Below, piece after piece: positions 52,655-64,000 of a stretch of 64,000 nt of DNA. The number at the start of each line of letters is the position of its first letter. Positions within the stretch are counted from its first letter, which is position 1. Where the stretch lies: assembly GCA_951406725.2 (NCBI GenBank), contig OX597815.1:29946001-30010000 (forward strand), written 5' to 3'. Position numbers and translations under genes: made by a program. The stretch comes from Octopus vulgaris (Eukaryota). The notes beneath the pieces are model-generated. The model made no database searches, was not told where the DNA came from, and worked only from the letters and a program-made list of their open reading frames with translations.

Positions 52655-53072
52655 AAGGCGGCGAGCTGGCATAATCGTTAGCACGCCGGGCGAAATGCCT
52701 AGCTGTATATCGTCTGCCACTGCGTTCTGAGTTCAAATTCCGCCGAGGTCGACTTTGCCTTTCATCCTTTCAGGGTCGATTAAATAAGTAGCAGTCACGC
52801 ACTGGGGTCAATATAATCAACTTAACCCGTTTGTCTGTCCTTGTTTGTTCTCTCTGTGTTTAGCCCCTTGTGGATAGTAAAGAAATAGGTATTTCGTCTG
52901 CCGCTACGTTCTGAGTTCAAATTCCGCCAAGGTCGACTTTGCGTTTCATCCTTTCGGGGTCGATTAAACAAGTACCAGTTACACACTGGGGTCGATATAA
53001 TCGACTTAATCCGTTTGTCTGTCATTGTTTGTCCTCTCTGTGTTTAGCCCCCCCGTGGGTAGTAAAGAAATA
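52655..53072 (+). mobile_element. Nin-like SINE with internal tandem duplication (period ~184 bp)
   Basis: CGTCTGCC...AGTAAAGAAATAG occurs twice, starting at 52711 and 52895. Confidence 0.9.
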
Positions 53073-53730
53073 GAAATAGGTATTCCGGGTTTTTATGTTC
53101 CCTTTCGAGATCAGCTTTGGTTTTCATCCCTTGGGACAGCTAAAAAATGATGTGCCAATCAAGGAGTCAGTCCATTGTCGCTCTATTTAATGGATTAAAG
53201 CTTCGCCCTACTAATTTCTGGACATGTGCCTATTTTAGAAATTATTTGATGCGGACAGATTCCTTTTTCCTGATTAAGGAAAAAGGAAACGCTTGTTTAA
53301 ATGTGTACGGAGTATTTAATTATAAATCATAGTGACGACTAAAAGGTAAATAAAATATTTTGAATGACTCAACAATGCTCTAAAATACAAACAACAGACT
53401 ATAATAATTGTTGTAATTTAATCATCCATAGTCTGATATGATATTTCGGAATAAAATTCTTTCTTCAGATATCGTTAGGAATTGATGGAGTCGCTGCTAT
53501 ACATTGACGGAGTCGGTGGTATGGAAGCGTCTCAGCAGTGGTCTCACGAAGCTCCTTCCGGAATTCCTCATGAGAAGTGCGTGAGGTCGGCCATGTCTCA
53601 ATCTCGTGTGTGCTGGCACATACTTAGCGCTGCTTCTAAGTTATGTGTTATACGTGCAGCTTCCCTTATTTTCCTTATTTTATATATATATATGCGGCCT
53701 TCGGGCTAAAACATTTTTAAGGATTTAAGG

Positions 53731-53794
<64 letters not shown>

Positions 53795-53948
53795 GTCTAT
53801 CAATATCTTTGTCAATGTAAACGCTTCTTTCTCATTATTCAGACTTGTGTTCAACCAGTATACAAATTCAGGTAGCTATATAACCTTTATATTGAGTAGT
53901 TAGTATAGTATATGGGCAATGGATTGGTACAATCGTAAGAACATCGGG

Positions 53949-53990
<42 letters not shown>

Positions 53991-54143
53991 GAATTAGAGT
54001 TCAGCTAATTGCTTCACCACGTACCGAAATTAGAAATAGGAGTTAAAAATTCCTTTTCTGCTGATATAAGAATCACCGTGACGGTAACATACTTTTTTAC
54101 GAAGGCAAAAAGAAAAACAATGAATCAACACGACCAGGATTAC

Positions 54144-54204
54144 CTATATACGCGTTTCGAGATTAAAGTGATTTAAATTTTACTTACTTCTCTCTTCAGT
54201 ATAG
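54144..54204 (-). ncRNA. Type I hammerhead ribozyme (minimal palindromic stem III)
   Basis: CUAUA-CUGAAGA-GAGA...UCUC-GAA-ACGCGU-A-UAUAG. Confidence 0.8.
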
Positions 54205-54253
54205 TATGTCTAATTTATAAAATTTGGAAGTGCTAGGGCTGTAATATGCACAC

Positions 54254-54343
<90 letters not shown>

Positions 54344-54585
54344 GAAGGGTTTACTTCACTGATGATCTAAACCAATAGATACGTGTAAGTGCTATAATTG
54401 GTCATCCTTTAGGTTCCAAACTCACAGCTGAGGCAAGAGCTAGGAATCCGTAGTAGGCCACCGAGTCACCGGGTATATATCAAAGGAAAAGGTAAACAAA
54501 ACCTAAGCAAGACGAGCGCCGCAGATAATTTAGAATAATTAATTAGAGTAAGGTGAATCAAAGATGGAGAAATAGAAGTAAATAA

Positions 54586-54663
54586 TGTCTTAGAGCTCTT
54601 TCTGGGATATTCCAGGTAATGGGTCGGCATCACCATACACTGGGTATTCCATCATCAGAGACA
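54586..54663 (-). ncRNA. Type I hammerhead ribozyme (long stem II, palindromic stem III)
   Basis: UGUCU-CUGAUGA-UGGAAUACCCAG...CUGGAAUAUCCCA-GAA-AGAGCUCU-A-AGACA. Confidence 0.75.
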
Positions 54664-55052
54664 AGGAGTGTATGCAAGAAAGTTCCAGACAGAGAATTCA
54701 CAGTATATAGAAGAATTATACAGTAGATAGAAGAAAAAAATAGAAAAATAAAGTTCACAGTCCATCTTGTTCAGGAGGGTATGGAGGTTCGTCTGTACTT
54801 CCATGAAGATATAGGCCCTTAAAGATAATCTCAGGTAAATCCAAGCAGTATTTTGAATGACCCATTTAGATTGAAGGAATAGATCAAGTAGTTAGCGTTT
54901 AAAAAAAAAAATATATATGTATATATACGCGCACACGCACACACAAACACACACACATACACACACATACATACTTATAAACATATCAAATAACTCAGAA
55001 TCCAATGAGTCTGGTGGTCGTCAGTCTCTCTGTCTGTCTGTCTGTCTGTCTG

Positions 55053-55113
<61 letters not shown>

Positions 55114-55254
55114 GTGTGTGTGTGTGTGTGGAGGGTGTATGTATGTACATATTGGTAATACTTCCAGCCGTAAAGCAAAACTGAAAAGAAATGGTAATAA
55201 ATATAAAACAATTATTGCCGCATGGCCGCAGTCTATTGACTGAAACCACTAAAA

Positions 55255-55324
<70 letters not shown>

Positions 55325-55950
55325 GGAGAATTCACAAAAAAATAAAAGACGAACACAGGTGGTGTAGACAACAAACAGATATATTAGTATAACGCTCTGG
55401 AAGTGAAAAAGTCCTTAACGTTTCAAGCCTACGCTCTTCCACGCAAAGGAACACAGAAAGAAACAAGGAGAGAAAATAAAGAATGTGTAGTGGCTAGCCA
55501 TCTATCATGGCGAATGCCAGATAGAGGGGTCACACAGGAGAGCTATGAAGAAGGGGAGATAATAAAGTTGTGGTGATCCCAAAACGAAGGTGTGCGTGCG
55601 TGTGTGTAAGATAGTTTGTATGTGCGTGTGGAAGAGGGCTGGTGATCTTGACGCATGCGTGTGTGTATGTGTAGGTGTGAAAATGTGGATCTGGAAAGTG
55701 GTCAGCGTTGATGTGTGCGTGGTGGTGTGTTGTGATGAGATGTGGTGTGTGGTATGGTGGTGTAAGGTATAGTGGTGTGTGGTGTGGTGTGATGGTGTTG
55801 GGAAGTGGGTGAGGCGAGAGTGGGGAAAGCAAGCGTAGGGTTAGGTTGAAGTTGGGGTATGTGGGTAGGCGGCGGGATGGGGTAGAGGTGGGGTGTGTGG
55901 GAGTGGGGTAGGGTATGGAAGGATAGGAGAGGTGGGGGTGGAATGTGTAG
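55325..55950 (-). mobile_element. Penelope pLTR-like repeat with G-rich (+ strand) tract
   Basis: Homologous to 12053-12232. Continues into a purine/GT-rich tract compositionally like positions 1-138 next to the GIY-YIG remnant. Confidence 0.65.
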
Positions 55951-56183
55951 GATTGCAACCATCTAAGGGATAATAAATATCTACCATACTACTGGGTGTA
56001 TACCTACGTATTTATATCCAAATCCTTACTATTGCAGAGCAATATCGCAGTTGAATACTAGGTATGAGTGGGGGGGGGGGACAGAAATTTACCCAGAATT
56101 TATTAGGCCAATAAAAAAACGAAGAGGATAATCAATGATTTTCCTCTCCATTTTCCTATTTGCCTCATACATACATACATACA

Positions 56184-56215
<32 letters not shown>

Positions 56216-56226
56216 CATACACACAC

Positions 56227-56329
<103 letters not shown>

Positions 56330-56835
56330 CTTTCGGTATAATTCGCACCGAACAATCTTCAATAAAACGCCATCACAATCTTACATGCATTCATCTTATC
56401 AATTTAGAATTCCTAATAAACATTTTGCTATATTTTTAGCGTTTTTCTTTTATATTTTCCTTACTGGAATATCTGGTTGATAAACAGATAATGTGGTAAA
56501 CCTTCCAGGATTCATGGCAACACTTTAGATGTTTTCGTAGTCGTTGATGCTCTTGATATCATCAATAATGTCCTTTCTTTTGTTATTACTGTCACTGCTG
56601 TTGTTGTCGTTGTTATTGTTGTTGTTGTTGTTAATATGTTCATGATGTTTCTTTTTTTTTTCTTACTGTAGATGATGCTAATGATGCTGCCGGTGTAGTT
56701 GTATCAGCTTTTTAATTTGTTTTTATATTATATTTGTTAAAATAATAAATGTAAAGTGAACTTGCTCTCTTGTCGATATAGATTTGCTTTGTTTACTATT
56801 GATGCCGTTGTTGTTGAGTTATTATTAAATAAAGC

Positions 56836-56933
<98 letters not shown>

Positions 56934-57575
56934 GTTCTTTTATTTTTATCATAGTAATAATTATTTTTAATGAAATTATTGTTGTAGTGGAAGTTGTAGT
57001 AATCGTATAAGTTTCTTGTATTCATGATATTTTATTTATCTTATCATTGCAATAAATATATTTTGATAAAAATATACCGCTGCAGCCATCAACACTACGC
57101 CATCTATTGTGGAATCCAACAGAGACATTCAACAGATCAATACATGAAGCATACACACGCACATATATAAATGTGTATTTATATGTTTTTTCAAAAATTA
57201 TATACATACACTGTTCAAATAATCACATATGCACATTTAGTTACATACCTATGCACATACACAACTGATATTCAGGCATATATTACTACGTTGTCATACA
57301 TATGCATATATATATATATATATATATATATACGCATGTGTGTGTGTGTATGCGCACGTTTGTGAGAACGAGGACTTATACAAAATTAAGAGGCTCTACT
57401 GACTTTGAGTGTAAATAAGTATTGAGCACTTCTGTCTTTTGCCTAAACGAATTAAAAACATTGTACATATATTTACACATGCAAAGAAGTATATACTTTC
57501 CGTTTGCCTGCCACTCTCCTATAAAATGCGCACAAGTCACTCATACACACATATATACATGTGTGAATGTGTGCG

Positions 57576-57606
<31 letters not shown>

Positions 57607-58394
57607 GCGTTTGTGTGTATGTGTGTGTGTGTGCCTGCGTGAGTGCGCTTGTTTGTGTGTGTTAATTCATACATAAAATAATTACAATAATTAAAATAAT
57701 TACATGCATGCACCACTTCTGAAAGTATGAAAACTTAGATAAATTAAAATGATATATATAATTCACGTGTATACCGATATGATTTATACGTATGAATACA
57801 TACATTTCTACATATACACACTTACATGCATACAAGTAGATGTTGAATATAAACGCATATGCGTAAACTCAGATCTGTATATACGTTGCGTGTTTAATTC
57901 TGTTTTTGTCTACTTGTATATGTGTATGTTCGTGGGAAGGTGTTTGGTTGAGAGAAATACAAGCAGACAAATATATATGTAGTAAAAATGAGATATCTTT
58001 TCTTGCCCATTTGGTTTTCTAACATTAGCAAAACTTTGCTAATGGAGGTAAGTTTAAGAGTACATAACAATATATCAACAAGAAAGTATTCAAAACAAAA
58101 ATAAGAAAACCCCGAAAAACTAAAAAAAAATATATTAAAGAGAAAGAAAGAGCAACAATTGCAACAACAATAAAAAAAAGTATGAACAATCTATAATAAC
58201 ATCAGTAACAACGAATTGTGTATGCAACGTCATTAAGCTGAAAAACAATTGCTGGTGATCATTGACAATTATAAATAGAGTTTAGCTGTTATGCTTTACT
58301 AATTGATGGCAGACATGTTTACTCACATAGATATACTTAAACAACACATATATGTATATAGATAACACATTATGTATGTATGTATATATAAACG

Positions 58395-58438
<44 letters not shown>

Positions 58439-58594
58439 CATATATATATATATATATAATATATACATACATACACATATATATATATATTTTTTCCCTA
58501 ATATTTATTATTACATATATATATATGTATGTATATATATATGTATATATATATATATGAATATATGAATACATACATGTTTATATATATATAC

Positions 58595-58646
<52 letters not shown>

Positions 58647-58756
58647 ACTTACATTCATACATGCATATATATATATTTATTATTATATATATATATGTAT
58701 ATATATGTATATATATATATGAATATATGAATACATACATGTTTATATATATATAC

Positions 58757-58798
<42 letters not shown>

Positions 58799-58813
58799 AC
58801 TTACATTCATACA

Positions 58814-58849
<36 letters not shown>

Positions 58850-58929
58850 CATAAATATTTGTGTATACGTATAGGAATATTCATAAATATGTAGAACTAT
58901 TATTTTAGACAAGTATTGAAAACAGGACT

Positions 58930-59176
58930 GTGTTATCCTTTTATAATTTGTATTAATTTTTTATTCCTTCATTCGTATTGTGTTTGTTGAAACACAATAA
59001 TGGTCCCAATCCCAAATCCATTAAAATGATACTGGAATTTCATATGCGAGATGAGTCGTTGTTGACGTGTTGTATCTTTATGATAGGTAGGGCCAACACA
59101 TTTGGTGTTGACATTGCTGTCAGAATTTGAAATTTGATCCTCAGAGTTGTACATCACCAATAGTTGATTTTTTTTC

Positions 59177-59233
<57 letters not shown>

Positions 59234-60170
59234 CCGCGTGCGCCTGATCCTGTGTACTTTAGTGTTGTGTTATGAATTTCGCTTCACTCATTAATCTATT
59301 TTTGGTACCAGGGGTAGGAATTTTGTTGTATATCGATGTGTTGTTCACATCAGTTTTATTTTGTGATATCTGGTCTTGTGTACTGCAATTTCATAATGTT
59401 GAAATTGCATAATAACCTATCGGGAGATTGGTATAATTGCATCTTCAATATAGAAGTTGAAGTCGTAGAGATTAGAACAATCGAATTTATAAATCATATT
59501 AATATTGCCGACTTGTTCATATGTTTACAGGCCTGTGGTTTATTATAGCATTGTATGTTTTTAACTGCAGTGTTTTTTTCACCAGTTTATTATGTTATCA
59601 GTGTTAGTATTTGATCTCGTGTAATACGCTTTGAGTTGTATTTTACGAAGCCTTTGAACACTGCATTATATGAATAGAATACATAGTTAAAATGCATTTG
59701 ATTAACATAATATACTCTATGTGGTTTGTTTGTAGATCTGGTTAGTATTTGTTTGTTTGATGTGTATGTGGTTTTGCGGGTTTTGTTTCTGTTATTTAAT
59801 AATCTTGTTAAAGAGTTTCTTAGAAGACCACTTGTTGCTCAATGTTCGCTTTTAAACTGGATTTCCTTATGTAGGGCTTTTTCGTGGAGGAGAACCTAAA
59901 TGCATTTTATGTAAAAATTCTTATGAAATTTATCTGTGTTAACATTCGCTGCCTTCGTGTAAGCATGTGCATTTGATTTGGTTTTTGGGAAAATAGAAAC
60001 GATTTATCGGTAATAGTATTTTGTGTATAAAATGATTCCATTGCTTGAAGCTTTATTTGTACTGATTTTCATGCTGAATTTTAATATGGAGATGTTTTAT
60101 ACGTTTATTAAAATTTGTCGACGTCTTCCCGTTTACTATCCAATGTTTGTAATGTCAGGTGAATGGTTAA
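58930..60170 (-). mobile_element. Highly decayed Penelope-like RT remnant
   Basis: KFDCSNLY (cf. FDVxxLY) near 59480 followed by QYHFNGFGIGT (cf. QxxGxAMG) near 59010, in the expected order. Confidence 0.35.
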
Positions 60171-60421
60171 ACTTATTAATATTAATAAATACTAAGGCGA
60201 CGAGCTGACAGAATCGTTATCACACAAATTTGTGGCATTAAGTAGAATATTTGCTGTAGCACATCTTTTGCACCAAGACAAGACATGTAAATGTTAACAC
60301 TTCGAATCGGTTAAGATCAGAAGCCATAAGAGCCACTGCCTGGTATTACATCAGGACAATTATTATTATTATTATTATTGTTGTTGTTGTTGTTGTTGTT
60401 GTTATTGTTGATGTTGTTGGT

Positions 60422-60452
<31 letters not shown>

Positions 60453-60466
60453 TTGTTGTTGTTCTT

Positions 60467-60497
<31 letters not shown>

Positions 60498-60549
60498 TTA
60501 TTATTATTATTATTATTATTATCATTATTATTATTATTATTATTTACTT

Positions 60550-62340
60550 TTAATCAGCATGTTTGTTAAAATCACTTGCCGAGACACACCTAGCGTCCTA
60601 TGCGAGTGAAGGATAAGAGATGTTATAATTTGACTGAAAGCTGGAGGAGGGTAAGTGCTAGGGGTAGTAGCGAAATATCTTCATATAATACAACAGAGAC
60701 ATTTAAATGGATAGGGTTTTTCTAAGAATGTGGCAGCATTAGTCAGCACAATCTTTTGGATTTTTCTGTGACATGGTTCTCCTGGGATCTTATCTAGGTG
60801 CTTCTGACCGAGAGCACCTACTATAACAGGAACAGTTCTCGCCTAAAGATGCCACATCTTTTGTATTTCAATTTCCAGGTCCTTATATGTCCTTATATGC
60901 TGCTTTCGTGTTTACACACAAGCTGCAACGTCCAGTCCTCTGTACTAGATAAGTACCTGTTCATTCCTATTGTGGAGGTGTTATGGCACAGTTCTACCGG
61001 CATCATTTCTCTTGCCGCATTACTTCTAGGTAGGTACAGACAATCAACGTCTGCCTTTGAGTGGTGCATGCTCTTAGATGTTAGTAGTTTTCTTGTCTTC
61101 CTGTCCAACCGTTGGAGCTCTTTAAGATTCCAGTTAATGACGTTAAAACTATATTGGACTACTGTAAGTACCAGAGTGTTAATGGCTTCGATGCGATTTT
61201 TGGAGTTGAGTTCAGTTTTTATTATGAGTCTTACTCTCCTGTAATACACCTTTCTCATTTTCTCCTTCATAGTAGCATGTTCTATACCATCTCATTCGTT
61301 TATCCCCAGTTATTTGTAATTTTCTTGTGGGTCAAGTTCTTTGATGCTAGCGTCGGTATCTAATTTAATACAAGCTGTTTGCCTGCGGTGTCCCTTACAA
61401 AAATTGCTTTAGCACACTTATTATAGCCAAAATCCATCCCAATGATATTGCTGAAATCTTTAACAGTTGTTAGCAGCCCTAATAGCCCCTTCGTAGTTTC
61501 TAGCAAACAAGTTCAGATCATCCATATAAAACAGGTGGTTTATTTTCGGATTATAAACTTTCAACCCATACCTGGTGTTAATTAGTTCGTTTCAGAGTGG
61601 GATCAGTGCCATGCAAAAGTGTAATGGGGAGAGGGAGTTACTTTGAAAGAAGGCCTCGTTTGGCGTTGATATTGTTAGATTGGCTCATACCATTATTATG
61701 GCTTAGAAGGAGACGTGTGTCCACTCGGCCATACTACCTTTTAAGAATTTGGCGACCAAAGAAGAGATATTATATATCTCAAGGGCCTTGAGTATTCAAT
61801 TATGTGGAACACTACCAATCGCTTTCCTGTAGTCAAGCTATGCCATACTCAGTTTCTTTTAGCTCCGGTACTTCTCTAGAATCATTTTACTTATGAGTAA
61901 TTGATCTTTTCCCCTATATGAATTCCATTTACAGCTTTTTCAGCTTGTGGAAGGATAGACTTTTGATCAAGGAAAGCGTATATTCTGTCTGTTAATATGG
62001 ATGTGAGGATCTTGTAGATGGTGTTAAGACATGATATTTATCGGTAGTTCTGTGTCTTCATTTTTTTTGGTAGAAGGTACGTTGTTCCGTCAGTCAGCCA
62101 GAGAGGTATTTGCTTTGGGTTCTAGATGACATCAGTTAGAGATGCAGCGAAATTTTGGTGAACTTCTGTCAAACAATTCAGCCAGAAGTTAGGGATTCGG
62201 TCCATCCTGGAGTTTTCCATTTGTGGGACTTCCTGAGAACATATCTTAGCTCTTTGATTTCTATTGCCTTCAATTTTTGCTCTTCATCTTAATCCAGTCT
62301 CATTCTTCTTACGCTCTATCCAGCCAGCTTTAGCATGATA
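60550..62340 (-). mobile_element. Decayed R4/Dong-like LINE (RT to 3'UTR) flanked by (TAA)n
   Basis: ELNSKNRIEAINT...LDRKTRKLLT...H.KADVD.LYLPR. HLFYMDDL near 61520. The 3'UTR matches 33437-33600. Confidence 0.9.
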
Positions 62341-62343
62341 TTC

Positions 62344-62398
<55 letters not shown>

Positions 62399-62905
62399 GC
62401 GTAGAGAGCAAGGCATGTCATCAAAGGCACATTGGGGTAAAGATATACAAAGCTCTATAAACACATCTTATAACACCATACACACGAATCTCAACCATAT
62501 GTGGACGACATAGTGAACCCATACCAAGATAAACAGCGTATGACCTTGCAAATGGAGCCCAATTTGGATTTTCTTGAGACCGAGAAGCCCATCCTGCTCT
62601 AAAGGCCATTGAATAAGAGTTATTTATGGATAATGGACGAAACACCCATTTTTCCAGGGATCAATTATTTAAATCCCAAAGAATTCCTCTCAATATGTGG
62701 CTATGATGCTCACCCACTACTCCTGCTCGTGATCAGAGATGCACATATCATCAGTCACTAAGGGACCGGCTCCACTGGTTAAGATCAAGCAACTGACAAG
62801 CAAATCTATGGTATTGAACAGAACATTTGAGGCAGACAAACGTGTACATAAGATAGCACTTCTAATCATTTAAGATCAGAAGCCACGGGAGCCACTGCCT
62901 GGTAC

Positions 62906-62953
<48 letters not shown>

Positions 62954-62969
62954 CATTATTATTATTATT

Positions 62970-63110
62970 TAAGTTCAAATGCTGTCGAGGTTGACTTTGC
63001 CTTTCATACTTTCGGAGTCGATAAATTAAGTACCAGTGAAAGAATGGAGTCGATGTAATCGTCTAGTTCTCTCCAACAAAATTTCAGGCCCTGTTCCTAT
63101 AGTAGAAAGG

Positions 63111-63164
<54 letters not shown>

Positions 63165-63530
63165 GAAGTTCAAATGCTGCTGAGATCGTCTTTGCCTTTA
63201 ATTATTTCGGGTGTGATAAAATAAGTACCACTTGAGCACTGGGATCGATGTAATCGACTTCCACTTCACCGAAATTGCTGGCCTTGTACCAAAATTTAAG
63301 ACAAATATTAATAAATTCTACTGCGACGAACTGGCAGAATCGTTAGCACGCCGGGCAAAATGCCAAGTAGCATTTGTCCTTTATGTTCTAAGTTCAAATT
63401 CCGTCAAGGTCAGCTTTGCCTTTCGTCTTTTTGAGGACGATAAAAGAAGTCTCAGTTGTGCACTGGATTTGATGCAATCGACTTGCATCCCCCTCGAAAT
63501 TGCTGGCCTTGTGCCAAATTCTGAAACCAG
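62970..63530 (+). mobile_element. Three tandem Nin-like SINE copies/fragments
   Basis: AAGTTCAAAT...TTTGCCTTT...GATAAA...GTACCA/TCGA blocks at ~62970, ~63165 and ~63325. Confidence 0.8.
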
Positions 63531-63864
63531 TTGTAATAAACTTGAAACGAGTAGTAAACTTGAAGCAAATATTACAAATATTATTTGAGACACTATATAG
63601 ATACGTGGTACAACACCGGTTCCAAATTTCATGTCAGCCAATATGAAAATTTAATAAACACTCATGATAAAAATGATATTAAGGAAATATATTCTATAAT
63701 TATAGACATAATAGAAAGACAAATTTTGTCTGAAAGTAACAAAAGATTGAGAAACTCACAAGTTCAAAGTTCAAAAACAATAATACAATGGAATCATAAT
63801 TCTAAAGTTAAGATAGCCAAATTCATTCACACGCAACTGACTAAAATTATGAAGGATTATTTTG

Positions 63865-64000
63865 GCACAGATTTATGGTTTAAGAAACTCGCTTTCAGAT
63901 CACTTGATTTTCGGGTTCAATTTCATTGCGGGGCACCTTGGACAAGTGTAATTTACTATAGTTCCGAGTCGACCAATGCTTTGTGACAGAATTTGGTAGA
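63865..64000 (+). mobile_element. Diverged head of the 50371-type SINE (runs off the window)
   Basis: GGCACCTTGGACAAGTG...CGACCAATGC.TTGTGA...ATTTGGTAGA. Confidence 0.7.

Noticed and set aside
54355-54392. CUGAUGA-UCUA...UAGAUACGUGUA
   Set aside because: GAUA instead of GAAA, and stem I does not register.
62905-63530. Repeated blocks resembling a CRISPR-like array
   Set aside because: Diverged SINE copies between TTA repeats in eukaryotic DNA; no constant repeat-spacer period.

Overview
AT-rich eukaryotic genomic DNA saturated with microsatellites ((TA)n, (CA)n, (ATAC)n, (ATCT)n, (TAA)n) and transposable elements. The repeat repertoire (tRNA-derived SINEs, R4/Dong, RTE and CR1/L2-group LINEs, Penelope-like remnants, mariner, hAT, Tigger) suggests a cephalopod (octopus-like) genome; this is inference. 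I found no recognisable host protein-coding exon, and almost all short ORFs in the track are translated microsatellites. The two long ORFs belong to CR1/L2-group LINEs. One (12.4-15.0 kb, +) is 5'-truncated and fused directly to a tRNA-SINE head. The other (16.6-21.4 kb, -) is near full length, has an unusual Myb/SANT-like plus tandem CCCH ORF1, and carries a locally templated insertion in ORF2. The most notable non-obvious signal is a set of self-cleaving-ribozyme motifs in non-coding repeats: intact-core type I hammerheads at 41.6/42.1 kb (in a 565-bp-period direct plus inverted, retrozyme/Penelope-pLTR-like unit), 54.1 kb and 54.6 kb, several variant hammerheads, and a partial HDV-like fold at 47.6 kb. 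LINEs and SINEs also share a covarying 3' stem-loop. All structures were folded by eye; coordinates of decayed elements are approximate.
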